Source: Myxococcota bacterium (lineage in GTDB: Bacteria; Myxococcota_A; UBA9160; UBA6930). From it: a DNA stretch of 64,000 bases. The stretch spans positions 512,001 to 576,000 of the forward strand of contig OZ245015.1 in the NCBI GenBank assembly GCA_965223705.1, read 5' to 3'. Under the pieces are notes generated by a model. The model had not been told where the DNA came from and did not search any database. It saw nothing but the letters and a program-made list of their open reading frames with translations. Both the position numbers and the translations under genes were made by a program. This document shows, in pieces, positions 37,253 to 46,931 of the stretch (positions within the stretch are counted from its first letter, which is position 1; the number at the start of each line of letters is the position of its first letter).

Positions 37253-40200
37253 CTACGTGGCTCGTTCGATGACAAAGCGCACGGTTTCGCCGCCGATCTC
37301 GATTTCGTGGGCAGCGCCGACGTGGCCCTCTTTGAGCGGACCGAAAGTCGGAGCGGCGGCCAGGGTTTGTTCGCCGATCCAGTCGCCGAATGTTTCGGCG
37401 CCTCTCCAGGCGTCGGGCAAGGCGACGCGCAGCCGGATCCGATCGGCGACGTGAAGATCCATGTCTCGACGGGCTTGTTGAACGGCTCGCACCACGTCTC
37501 GCGCGAAGCCCTCGGCGATGAGCTCGTCGTCGAGCTCGAAATCGAGGATGGCGACCATGTCGTTCCCGGGCAGGGCCTGGCATGCGACACCTTCGGCCGG
37601 CTCGAGAAGAAGCTGGAACTCGCCCTGCGACAAACGCTCGCCGGCGATCACGAGCTCTTCGCCGTCCTGGCTCCAGTCTCCGGCCCTGGCCGCGGCGAGT
37701 ACGGTCTTCATCGCCCCTCCAAGCCGCGGACCGACGCTTCGCGCGTCGACTTTCAAGCGGAAAGAAGCAAAAGAGCCGATGTCGCTCTGGAACACGACAT
37801 CCTTCACGTTCACCTCGTCCGCGATGAGTTCCGCATACGATTCGAGCCGAGACGCATCCGCACCCGCCACCGTGAGTCGGCGGAGCGGTTGCCGAACGCG
37901 AACGTCGTGCGCCCGGCGAAGCGCGAGCGCCGAGCTGCAGAGATCGCGCACGCGATCCATTTCGGAAACCAGATCGGGATCCGCGGGTAGCTCTTCGGGG
38001 TCGGGCCAATCTTCTAGGTGGACGCTCTCCCGCGACGTGAGGCCGCGGTACACCGTCTCGCTCAGGAACGGAAGCAGCGGACTCGCGACCCGGCACAGGG
38101 TCTCGAGCACGGTCCACAAGGTGTCGTAGGCGGCGCGTTTGTCGTCGTCCTTCGTCGCGCGCCAAAAACGGTCGCGGCTTCGGCGGATGTACCAGTTGTT
38201 CGTGGCGTCGAGGAACGCGACGATCCGTTGGCACGCCGCTGCAATCTCGTACGCGTCCATCAGCTCGGTGAGCTCGACCACGAGTTCGCGCGTCTTCGCC
38301 AGGATGTAGCGATCGAGCAAGTGGCGGGGCTTCTCCATCCGCGAAGCCGTGATGCCGTCGCTGTTCGCGTAGAGCGCGAAGAAGTACCATGCGTTCCAGA
38401 TCGGATTGAGGACGTTCCGCACGACGTCGCCGATCGCCTTTCCGTCTTTCTCGACCTTGAGGTCGCCGCCCTTCAGCAACGGCGACGAGACGAGATGCCA
38501 GCGCAGGGCGTCCGATCCGTGGGTGTTGAAGACCTCTTCGGGGTCGGGATAGTTCCGCAATCGCTTCGAGAGCTTCTGACCGTCTTCCGCCAGGGTCACA
38601 CCGTGACAGATGCAGTTGCGGAAGGGCGGGCGGTCGAAGAGCGCCGTGCCGAGTACGACCAACGTGTAGAACCAGCCCCGCGTCTGCGCGACGTATTCGA
38701 CGATGAAATCCGCAGGCGAATGGTTGTCGAACCAGTCGCGATTTTCGAAGGGGTAGTGAACCTGCGCGAACGGCATCGACCCCGAGTCGAACCAACCGTC
38801 GAGCACGTCGGGAATGCGACGCATGGTGGCACGGCCGCTCGGATCGTCGGGGTTGGGTCGCGTAAGGGCGTCGATCGTGGGGCGATGGAGGTCGTCGGGT
38901 CGCGTTCCGAAGTCGCGCTCGATTTCGTCCAGGCTCCCGTAGACGTCGAGTCTCGGAAACTTCGGGTCATCGCTCTTCCAGACGGGGATCGGCGAGCCCC
39001 AAAAGCGATTGCGGCTGATCGACCAATCCCGCGCGTTTGCGATCCAGTTCCCGAACAGGCCGTCCTTGATGTGTCCGGGGATCCAGTTGATCTCTTGATT
39101 CAGTTCGACCATCCGGTCGCGGAACGCCGTGACGCGCACGTACCAGGAGTTCACCGCGCGGTAGATGAGCGGCGTGTCCGTGCGCCAGCAGTGCGGATAG
39201 TTGTGGACGTAGCTCTCGTGTCGAACGAGCTTGCCGGACTCGCGCAGTTTCCGGACGATCGGTGTGTTTGCGTCAAACACCTGGACGCCTTCGAAGTCGG
39301 GCACTTCAGCCGTAAATCGACCGTGATCGTCCACCGGGCAGACGACTTCGATTCCCGCGGCACTGCACGCTTCCATATCGTCTTCACCGAACCCCGGCGC
39401 GAGGTGCACGACGCCCGTTCCTTCCGCGGTATCGATCCAATCCGCGGAGAGGATGCGGTGGGCGTTCTCCCGCCCGAGGAAGTAGTCGAAGGGCGGGTGA
39501 TAGCGCGCCCCGACGAGCTCTCGGCCCGATACGGTCCCGATTTGCGTCGCGTCGGCGAGCTCTTTCGCGTACTTCTCGGCGCATTCGGCGCCGAGAAGTA
39601 CGACGCGGTCGCCCTGTTCGAAGATCGCGTACGAGATGTCCGGACCGACGGCCAAGGCGAGGTTCGACGGCAACGTCCACGGCGTTGTGGTCCACGCCAG
39701 GACGTCGACGGGCTTGCCGTCGCGCGGTTCCAGAAGCGTGAACCGCACGGTGACCGCCGGGTCCTGCCGCTCCCGATAGGAATCGTCGAGTCGCGTTTCG
39801 AAGTTCGATACCGGCGTCTCGCAAGCCCAGGAGTAGGGGAGAACGCGGTAGCCCTCGTACAGGAGGCCGCGTTCGTAGAGGGTCTTGAACGCCCACATCA
39901 CGCTCTCGATGTAGGACGTGTCCATCGTCTTGTAGTCGTTTTCGAAGTCGACCCACCGCGCTTGCCGCGTGACGTAGCGCTCCCATTCCCCGGTGTAGCG
40001 GAGCACGGTCTTTCGACAGTGCTCATTGAAACGGTCGATACCGAACTCTTGGATGGCCAGGCGGCCCGACACCTCGAGCTCGCGCTCGGCCTCCATCTCC
40101 GCGGGAAGGCCGTGACAGTCCCAGCCGAAACGTCGCTCGACGCGCTTGCCCCGCAGCGTCTGGTAGCGGGGCACGATGTCCTTGACGTAGCCGGTCAGGA

Positions 40201-40414
40201 GATGGCCGAAATGGGGGAGGCCGTTCGCAAAGGGCGGCCCATCGTAAAAGACGAACTCGTTCGAGCCTTTCTCGCCGGCCGGCCGGCCTTCGACGGATCG
40301 CTCGAAGGTGTGGTCGCGGTTCCAGCGCTCGAGGGTTTCCATCTCGAGGGCCGGAAAGTTCGCCTGTTGAGGAACGTCCGGGTACGGGGATGTCGCGGAG
40401 CCATGTTCGGGCAC
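37253..40414 (-). CDS. ileS: Isoleucyl-tRNA synthetase, type 2
   Basis: DGPPFANGLPHFGH, GWDCHGLP, WTTTPWTLPSN, YPHCWR, DWSISRNRFWG, QTRGWFY, KLSKR. Confidence 0.97.
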   Translation of the reverse strand: MPEHGSATSPYPDVPQQANFPALEMETLERWNRDHTFERSVEGRPAGEKGSNEFVFYDGPPFANGLPHFGHLLTGYVKDIVPRYQTLRGKRVERRFGWDCHGLPAEMEAERELEVSGRLAIQEFGIDRFNEHCRKTVLRYTGEWERYVTRQARWVDFENDYKTMDTSYIESVMWAFKTLYERGLLYEGYRVLPYSWACETPVSNFETRLDDSYRERQDPAVTVRFTLLEPRDGKPVDVLAWTTTPWTLPSNLALAVGPDISYAIFEQGDRVVLLGAECAEKYAKELADATQIGTVSGRELVGARYHPPFDYFLGRENAHRILSADWIDTAEGTGVVHLAPGFGEDDMEACSAAGIEVVCPVDDHGRFTAEVPDFEGVQVFDANTPIVRKLRESGKLVRHESYVHNYPHCWRTDTPLIYRAVNSWYVRVTAFRDRMVELNQEINWIPGHIKDGLFGNWIANARDWSISRNRFWGSPIPVWKSDDPKFPRLDVYGSLDEIERDFGTRPDDLHRPTIDALTRPNPDDPSGRATMRRIPDVLDGWFDSGSMPFAQVHYPFENRDWFDNHSPADFIVEYVAQTRGWFYTLVVLGTALFDRPPFRNCICHGVTLAEDGQKLSKRLRNYPDPEEVFNTHGSDALRWHLVSSPLLKGGDLKVEKDGKAIGDVVRNVLNPIWNAWYFFALYANSDGITASRMEKPRHLLDRYILAKTRELVVELTELMDAYEIAAACQRIVAFLDATNNWYIRRSRDRFWRATKDDDKRAAYDTLWTVLETLCRVASPLLPFLSETVYRGLTSRESVHLEDWPDPEELPADPDLVSEMDRVRDLCSSALALRRAHDVRVRQPLRRLTVAGADASRLESYAELIADEVNVKDVVFQSDIGSFASFRLKVDARSVGPRLGGAMKTVLAAARAGDWSQDGEELVIAGERLSQGEFQLLLEPAEGVACQALPGNDMVAILDFELDDELIAEGFARDVVRAVQQARRDMDLHVADRIRLRVALPDAWRGAETFGDWIGEQTLAAAPTFGPLKEGHVGAAHEIEIGGETVRFVIERAT

Positions 40415-40462
40415 CGGGGGAATCTACCCCCCCGTTCTGTAAGATCCAGCTCTCAGAGCCCC

Positions 40463-41338
40463 ATGCCGGAACTTCCTGAAGTCGAGGTCACCTGCCAGCG
40501 GATCGCGCCCGTTATCTGCGGGCGTCGCATCGCGTCCGTTCACACGACGCCACCCAGCTATTTCTTCATCACGCCCCCGGAGCATCTCAAGGACGCGCTC
40601 CCCGGCCTGTCGATCCTGCGACTCCGGCGCCTGGGCAAATACCTCCTGGCCGAGCTTTGCGACGGGAGTCGCCTGCTGCTCCATCTCGGTATGACCGGCC
40701 AGCTGTTCGCCGAAGGTGCCTCGAGTCCCCGCCTGCTCTCGGCGACCGCCCGTACGTCGCTCCCCCCGGAAGCGCAGACCCGCTTCGAGGCCGACGCGCA
40801 CACCCACTTGCGGCTGGCCTTCGCGGATGACGGCCCCGATGTCCTGTTCCGAGATGTGCGCAAGTTCGGCAAGGTCCAGCTGCTCGCTCCCGGGGAGAGC
40901 TCGGAGCGGCTCGACCGCCTCGGGCCGGACGCGCTCGAGCTCGACGGCGAGACCCTGTTCCGGGCGACGCGCAAACGCAGCGTGGCGATCAAGAGCCTGC
41001 TCCTCGATCAGAGCGTGGTTGCCGGGAGTGGCAATATCTACGCGGACGAAGCCCTCTTCTTGGCAGGGGTTCGTCCACGGCGGACCGCGCGACGGGTCTC
41101 GAGAAAGGCGTGCGACGCGATTGTCGCGTCGATGCAGGCGGTGATGCGACGCTCCATCGAAACCGGGGGGTCGAGCATCAGCGACTACGTCAATCCCGAC
41201 GGAAGCGACGGAGCTTACCAGGACGAGCGCCAAGTCTACGCGCGAGAGGGGGAGCCGTGCAGACGTTGCCGCCGCACCATCAAACGCATCGTGTTGGGGC
41301 AGCGGAGCGCGCACTACTGCCCGGGGTGTCAGCAATGA
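40463..41338 (+). CDS. mutM: Formamidopyrimidine-DNA glycosylase/AP lyase
   Basis: MPELPEVE, HLGMTG, D.RKFG, LLDQ..AG.GNIYADE, C-terminal zinc finger. Confidence 0.95.
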   Translation: MPELPEVEVTCQRIAPVICGRRIASVHTTPPSYFFITPPEHLKDALPGLSILRLRRLGKYLLAELCDGSRLLLHLGMTGQLFAEGASSPRLLSATARTSLPPEAQTRFEADAHTHLRLAFADDGPDVLFRDVRKFGKVQLLAPGESSERLDRLGPDALELDGETLFRATRKRSVAIKSLLLDQSVVAGSGNIYADEALFLAGVRPRRTARRVSRKACDAIVASMQAVMRRSIETGGSSISDYVNPDGSDGAYQDERQVYAREGEPCRRCRRTIKRIVLGQRSAHYCPGCQQ

Positions 41339-41351
41339 GAGCGGCCCGATC

Positions 41352-42860
41352 GTGCTGAGCCTCGTCGAATTGCATCGCGCCGCCGGACTCGTATCAGGGC
41401 GAAATGGCGCGAGACTCGATCGCGTGGTCCAAGACGGGCCCGATCGGTTGGTTCTCGCGCTGTCCGGCGGCGGGGATCGGCCCGCCCGCGATCGACAGTT
41501 CCTGCGTCTATGCGTCTCCCAAGCCGGCGGCAGGATTTCCGAACGATCGGAGCTGCCGCGCGCACCCGAGCGGCCCCCCGCTTTCGCTCAGTACCTGAAA
41601 GCACACTTTCAAGGCCACCGGTTGCGACAGGTCGACACCGAGCCCGACGATCGAATTGCCCGTTTCGTCTTTCAACACGCCGAAGGCGACGCAACCCTGC
41701 TTCTCCAGTTGCTCGGCCCCCGAAGCAATCTCTACGCGCTGACCCCGGACGGGCGGATCGGCGCGACACTGCGCCCACTGCGCGAGACGCGTCGCGAACT
41801 GGCTCTGGGCGAGCCCTGGCGTCGCAGCGAAGGTCGCGTGCCGCGCGCGGGCGAAGACCGTTTCGCGGAGTCTCCGGACGAGACGTTCCTCGCGGATATC
41901 GAGGCTCACTACGGAGAGCGCGAGCGTGAGGCCGGCGAAGACGAGCTGACGCAGCGCCTTCTCAAGACGCTGCGCAAGCAGCGCGCTGGCATCGATCGCA
42001 AGCTCCGGAAGCTCGAGAAAGAAGCGTCCGCCGCTTCCGAGGGTGAGTCCTTCCGCCGGATGGGGGAAGCCTTGAAGGGTGTCCTGGCCGACGTGGCGCC
42101 CGGTGATACGGAGGTCGTGGCGACGGATTTTTCGACGGGGGAGCCGCTGACGATCCCCCTCGACCCGAAGAAGAATGCGGCCGAGAATCTCGCCGACTAC
42201 TTCAAGCGACACAAGAAAGCGGAACGCACCTTGCGACGCGCGGAGCAGGAGCTCGGGGCGACGCGCGCCCGGCTGGAGGAGCAGGAGCGACTCGAGCGTG
42301 AGCTCGAAGATCTGCGCGAGGCCGGGGATGCCGAAGGGATCGGAGCGTTTTCCGAGCGCCCCGAGATCGCGCGCTCTCTGTCGCGCTTTTTCCCGGACCC
42401 GACTCCGGGGCACGCGGAGAAACCTAAAAAGGTGTTTCGCGTCGGCAAGCGCGAGCTCCCGACCCGTCTGGTTCCGAAGCGCTACGTGTCGGGCACCGGT
42501 CACGAGATCTGGGTCGGTAAGAACGACGAAGGCAACGACACGCTCACGATGAAGCTCGCCCGGGGAAACGATCTCTTCTTTCACCTCGAGGCTTCGCCGG
42601 GGAGCCACGTCATTCTTCGCGTCGAGGGCTCGGAAGAACCGCCCCAAGAGGCTTTGCTCGACGCGTCGGAGTTGGCGGTCCACTTCTCGAAAGGGCGCGC
42701 GGCGGGCCGCGCGAGCGTGCATATCGCACGCTGTAAGGACATTTCGAAGCCGCGTGGCGCGAAGCCCGGCCTCGTCTATGTCCACCGCGGCCGTACGCTC
42801 CATCTTCGACGGGACGAGGAACGGTTGCGTCGCGTCCTCGATTCCCGAATCGAGGATTGA
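41352..42860 (+). CDS. rqcH: NFACT/RqcH (FbpA-like) ribosome quality control protein
   Basis: NFACT-N DR and G..SN motifs, IPLDP..N..YFK, NFACT-R VGKN...ND.LT, FH...PGSHV, KPG.V. Confidence 0.82.
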   Translation: MLSLVELHRAAGLVSGRNGARLDRVVQDGPDRLVLALSGGGDRPARDRQFLRLCVSQAGGRISERSELPRAPERPPAFAQYLKAHFQGHRLRQVDTEPDDRIARFVFQHAEGDATLLLQLLGPRSNLYALTPDGRIGATLRPLRETRRELALGEPWRRSEGRVPRAGEDRFAESPDETFLADIEAHYGEREREAGEDELTQRLLKTLRKQRAGIDRKLRKLEKEASAASEGESFRRMGEALKGVLADVAPGDTEVVATDFSTGEPLTIPLDPKKNAAENLADYFKRHKKAERTLRRAEQELGATRARLEEQERLERELEDLREAGDAEGIGAFSERPEIARSLSRFFPDPTPGHAEKPKKVFRVGKRELPTRLVPKRYVSGTGHEIWVGKNDEGNDTLTMKLARGNDLFFHLEASPGSHVILRVEGSEEPPQEALLDASELAVHFSKGRAAGRASVHIARCKDISKPRGAKPGLVYVHRGRTLHLRRDEERLRRVLDSRIED

Positions 42861-43991
42861 CTAGAACTCCCGTCCCTCTCCGATATCGAAAATCCAAATC
42901 CCGTCGGGCTCGCGCCCCGCGCTCTCCATGGCTTTGCGAAAGCGCGTCGGCGGCTCGTCGAGGGGTTCGTCTGTGAGGTCGAAGGTTCCGTAGTGAATCG
43001 CCAGGACCCGGCGACTTCCGAGCAGTGAAGCCGCGCGGGTGGTCTCCTCGGGGTTCATGTGAAACGTCTTCATCATGGCGCTGGGTTCATACGCACCGAT
43101 CGGAAGCGCGGCGAGATCGAACGGACCGACGGTCTTTCCGATGAGTTCGAACTCGGGGAAGAAACCCGAATCTCCGCCGAAGAAGAAGCGCTTCGTCGAG
43201 CCACGGACGGCCCAAGAGGACCACAAACCGCGACGCGCATCGAACAACCCCCGGCGGCTCCAGTGTTGTACCGGGAGGCAAATGATCTCGAGTCCACGCT
43301 TCACCACCGTCTCGCCCCAATCGAGTTGGATGAGTTCCGCGACGTCGACGGACTCGAGAACTTCGCGATGGCCGAGGGGCGTGATCAATACGAGCGCTGG
43401 ATTTCGCTCTGCGAGCTCGCGAAGGGTCGGAAGGTCGAGATGGTCGTAGTGGTTGTGAGAGATCAACACCACGTCGATAGCCGGCAACACATCGAGCGGG
43501 ACGGCGGGCGGCGCGAGGCGCCTGGCTCCGATACGTCCGCCCGGGCCCGCCGCATCCGACCAGATCGGGTCGGTCAGAACCGTGCGCCCGTCGAGCCGGG
43601 CGAGCACCGTCGCATGACCGATCCAATACGCGAAGTCGTCGGGCCCCTGGGTCAGTCGGAGGAGTTGTTCGGCGGACTGCGAAGCGACCCTCGCGGCCCC
43701 GGTTCGCGTTCGGAAGGACCCCAGGGCTCGTCGCCAGAAGAAGGGAAGGCGAACCCCGAGACCAGCGCGGGGCGACGCGTCCTGAAGGTTCAGGAAGCGC
43801 CCTGCATCGTCGCGCGGGGCTCGGGGGATTTCTGGAATCCGCTCACCGAAAGCGGCGTTCGGGGAAACCATCACGAGCAATAGGGCGAGACATGCAGCGA
43901 TGGGGAGGGGTTTCCCCCGGTTGTTCGCTTCTCCTTCAAGTCTCGGCGGAGTGTTCCGATGACACTTCACAGATGAATCTGAGTTTCGCAT
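42861..43991 (-). CDS. MBL-fold metallo-hydrolase (NAPE-PLD/RomA-like), probably exported; start uncertain
   Basis: WIGHAT, LTDP.WS, ISHNHYDHLD, QHWSRR, GDSG, PIGAYEP, HMNPEE, IHYGTF. Confidence 0.88.
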   Translation of the reverse strand: MRNSDSSVKCHRNTPPRLEGEANNRGKPLPIAACLALLLVMVSPNAAFGERIPEIPRAPRDDAGRFLNLQDASPRAGLGVRLPFFWRRALGSFRTRTGAARVASQSAEQLLRLTQGPDDFAYWIGHATVLARLDGRTVLTDPIWSDAAGPGGRIGARRLAPPAVPLDVLPAIDVVLISHNHYDHLDLPTLRELAERNPALVLITPLGHREVLESVDVAELIQLDWGETVVKRGLEIICLPVQHWSRRGLFDARRGLWSSWAVRGSTKRFFFGGDSGFFPEFELIGKTVGPFDLAALPIGAYEPSAMMKTFHMNPEETTRAASLLGSRRVLAIHYGTFDLTDEPLDEPPTRFRKAMESAGREPDGIWIFDIGEGREF

Positions 43992-44742
43992 GACGGAAGC
44001 CTACGCCGGCAAGGGGGGGATGCGCCCCCGCATCTTCGTATTTCGAGACACACACTTGTTTCGATTGAAGCTCTCCCACTTGCTCGAGGGCTCTGGGTTC
44101 GAGGTCCTGCGTTGTTCGCCGTCGGCAGATATCGAGGAAGCGCTCGCGAATCTCCGCGGCGAGCTCGACCTGCTCATCATGCCCGTCGACCCCTCCGATC
44201 CCGCGACGTTCCGAGCCCTCGAGGTGACGAGCCGACACGAGCTCACCCATCGCGTGCCGGTCCTCGGGCTGACGACGCTCTCTCGAGAGGGGCTCGACAT
44301 CAAGAAGCTCCGGATCCTCCGGGTGATCGGTTTGATCGACAAACGGTGGATTCCCGAACAAATCGTCGCGCGGGTCCATCAGGCGGTGAGTCCGCATCAC
44401 AACCAGCGTCGCCACACGCGCGCAGCCGTCTTCATGCCTGTGGACGTCCGCACGCCGGATTTCCGGAGTACCGAGTACGCCCTCGACCTCTCCGTCGGTG
44501 GAATGCGCTTGACGTGCTCACAGCAGCTACCGACGAACACGGACCTATCGCTTTGTTTCGAACTCGAGGGTGAGCAGAAGACCTGGGTGGAAGCATCCGC
44601 CCGCGTGATGCACTGCGGGCGTTCGCGGAGCGGATCGGTTCCGTACGAGATCGGCGTCTTCTTCTACCCCCTTCCCGGGGACCTCGCGCAAAGTATCGAG
44701 GACTACGTCGCGAGGCTCATCGAAGTCCAGGGCGATTTCTGA
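43990..44742 (+). CDS. Receiver-like + PilZ domain protein
   Basis: Degenerate REC-like N-terminus; QRRHTR and DLSVGG PilZ motifs; alternative start ATG 44020. Confidence 0.8.
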   Translation: MTEAYAGKGGMRPRIFVFRDTHLFRLKLSHLLEGSGFEVLRCSPSADIEEALANLRGELDLLIMPVDPSDPATFRALEVTSRHELTHRVPVLGLTTLSREGLDIKKLRILRVIGLIDKRWIPEQIVARVHQAVSPHHNQRRHTRAAVFMPVDVRTPDFRSTEYALDLSVGGMRLTCSQQLPTNTDLSLCFELEGEQKTWVEASARVMHCGRSRSGSVPYEIGVFFYPLPGDLAQSIEDYVARLIEVQGDF

Positions 44743-44799
44743 CTCCGCATTTGTCGATCACCGGAGTGCGTGCTAGCTCCCGCCTGGTAGGAGGGCGCA

Positions 44800-45921
44800 T
44801 TGCTGCACTCAAAGATCTGCGAAATGTTCGGCATCGAAGTCCCGATCGTGTTGGCGGGGATGGGAGAGGCGAGCACGCCGGCCCTGGCCGCGGCCGTCTC
44901 CGAAGCGGGCGGGCTCGGTGTATTGGGCGCCGCAGCGTGTGGCCCCGCGAAACTCCGCCGCTGGATTCACGAAGTTCGATCGCTCACGGATCGTCCGTTC
45001 GGCGTCGATACCCTGCTTCCCGCTTCGGTTCGTCGCGAGCCCGGCGGTAACGCGACCGCCTCCCGAGTCGATCTCGAAGCGCACCGCGCGTTCTCCGCCG
45101 AGTTCATGAAGCGCGAATCCCTCGAACCGAACGTTCCATCGGGAGACGCCCTCGAACGAGCCGAGCGTCGCGGCGAGCCGCGCCTCTTTACCCGCGAGTT
45201 CTTCGAAGCGCAGATGGAAGTCGTCATCGAAGAAGAGGTGCCCGTGTACGCGGCGGGGCTCGGCGACCCCGGGCCCTACGTCGAAAGGCTTCACGCCGCG
45301 GGGACGAAGGTCCTCTCGGTCGTCGGCGCCGTGCGGCATGCGCGCAAAGTGGCTTCGTCCGGGGTCGATGCGGTCGTCGCGCAAGGTCACGACGGCGGCG
45401 GTCACAATGCATCGGTGGGGACACTCGCCCTGATCCCCCAAGTGCGCGACGCCCTCGGCGACTTGCCCCTCCTCGCGGCTGGAGGGATCACCGACGGGCG
45501 GGGCGTCGCCGCTGCACTCATGCTCGGCGCTGCCGGTGCGTGGGTCGGCACCGCGTTCCTCGCGACGGACGAAGCGGGGCTTCCGCCGTACAAGAAAAAA
45601 GCGCTCGTCGAAGCCGGTGACCAGAGCACGGTCGTTTCGCGGTCGGTTACAGGCAAGCCCGCCAGGCTCCTTCGCACGCGTTGGACGGATGCCTGGGAGG
45701 AAGCTTCCATCAAACCTCTTCCCATGCCGTACCAGAGCGTGATCGCCGGCCCGGTCCTCGCTTCCGGAGAAGCGGCGGAGCGCCCCGACATCGATGCCGG
45801 ATTTGCCGGACAAGGGCTTGGGTTGGTCCACGCGGTGCGGCCCGCGGCCGAGGTCCTTCGAGAGATCGTCGCGCAAGCCGAAGACGCGCTGCGAAGCGGC
45901 GAGCGCTTCTTGCGCGCCTAG
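44800..45921 (+). CDS. Nitronate monooxygenase / FabK-like flavoenzyme
   Basis: PIVLAGMG, AAVSEAGGLG, QG.DGGGH, AAGGI.DGRG, GTAFLATDE. Confidence 0.88.
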   Translation: MLHSKICEMFGIEVPIVLAGMGEASTPALAAAVSEAGGLGVLGAAACGPAKLRRWIHEVRSLTDRPFGVDTLLPASVRREPGGNATASRVDLEAHRAFSAEFMKRESLEPNVPSGDALERAERRGEPRLFTREFFEAQMEVVIEEEVPVYAAGLGDPGPYVERLHAAGTKVLSVVGAVRHARKVASSGVDAVVAQGHDGGGHNASVGTLALIPQVRDALGDLPLLAAGGITDGRGVAAALMLGAAGAWVGTAFLATDEAGLPPYKKKALVEAGDQSTVVSRSVTGKPARLLRTRWTDAWEEASIKPLPMPYQSVIAGPVLASGEAAERPDIDAGFAGQGLGLVHAVRPAAEVLREIVAQAEDALRSGERFLRA

Positions 45922-46892
45922 GGATCCTCAGCGGCGAACTGTTTCGCGATTCTCCGAACCTCCGGATGAGCGATCAGCGCCAACGTATTCCCGTCCTTCA
46001 GGTAGCTTGCGATTTCAGGGTCCTCCGCGAGAGCGCGGATCTGCGGATCGTCGCGCAGCTTTTTCAGCCGCGGCGCGAGTCGTTCGAGGATCGGAACGAG
46101 CTCTTCGCGCATGGCACGCGGGTCTGCCGACCGTATTTCGTCGACGAATCCCAAGTTTGCAAATTCTCTCCGTACGTCTTCGTCATGGATCAGTCGTTGG
46201 AAGCTCAGTTGATTCGCGGCGCGATCGGCGGCGCCGTTCGCGACGAGCGTCCAGAAGAACGTGTCGGCTTGGAGCCCGCGCAGGCTGTCGTTCGAAGTGA
46301 GCGCCTGCAAGCTCACAAGACTTTCACTCGGGCGGCCGGCCACACGGGCTAGCACCCGGCCCGCCGGGAGATCACCGGAAGCCGCTTCCAGCGCATTTTC
46401 GACGAGGCCGCCGGCGATTCTCGCGGCGACGGAATCGTCGGTGAGTCCCGCCGAGGCGTCTGCGCTCCGCGCTTCGGGGCGCGTCTTCAAGGCGGCATCG
46501 ATCCAGTTGCCCAAGTACGACACGAGAAAGACCAGGAGCAGGCCGCGGACACCTCCAAAGAGGCCTCCCAGGAGACGATCGATCGACGGGCGAGACTCGT
46601 CTCCCAGCCGTTCGCGTTCTCGCCTCCGTAGGGCGCTTCCGAACGCCGAGAACAGGATGTAGGCCAGTAGGCCCGATGCCGCGCCCGCGATCGGGGCCGC
46701 GACCAAAACCGGAAGCTCGAGACGATCCGCGGCGCGTACGCCGAGAAAGTATGAACCGGCGAGGGCCGCACCGTAGGCGAGGAGAAGGCCCGCCAACGAG
46801 AGGCCACTGGCGAGACCGCCACGCCAGGCGCCCAGCGCGGCGAAAAGAGCCAAGATCGCGAAAGCGAGAAGATCGAGCGTCACGCCCAACAC
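45918..46892 (-). CDS. CvpA family membrane protein with soluble C-terminal extension
   Basis: D..G..RG N-terminal motif, DRLLGGLFG..RG; alternative start GTG 46883. Confidence 0.78.
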   Translation of the reverse strand: MLGVTLDLLAFAILALFAALGAWRGGLASGLSLAGLLLAYGAALAGSYFLGVRAADRLELPVLVAAPIAGAASGLLAYILFSAFGSALRRRERERLGDESRPSIDRLLGGLFGGVRGLLLVFLVSYLGNWIDAALKTRPEARSADASAGLTDDSVAARIAGGLVENALEAASGDLPAGRVLARVAGRPSESLVSLQALTSNDSLRGLQADTFFWTLVANGAADRAANQLSFQRLIHDEDVRREFANLGFVDEIRSADPRAMREELVPILERLAPRLKKLRDDPQIRALAEDPEIASYLKDGNTLALIAHPEVRRIAKQFAAEDP

Positions 46893-46931
46893 TATCGGCT
46901 GGCCGGTGGGACTTCCTGACCGGCGCTCGCT

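Noticed and set aside
37253..37310. IleRS C-terminus (EIGGETVRF) as a cryptic PqqA-like precursor
   Set aside because: Reads ExxxF rather than ExxxY and fits the normal IleRS2 C-terminal strand
40195..40240. IleRS2 HIGH motif as a mupirocin hyper-resistance variant
   Set aside because: The motif is HFGH, the ordinary HxGH order, not the swapped xxHH form
38018..40462. Apparent ~815-aa N-terminal extension of MutM (1106-aa ORF)
   Set aside because: Antisense to ileS; MutM needs the N-terminal Pro of MPELPEVE, fixing the start at 40463
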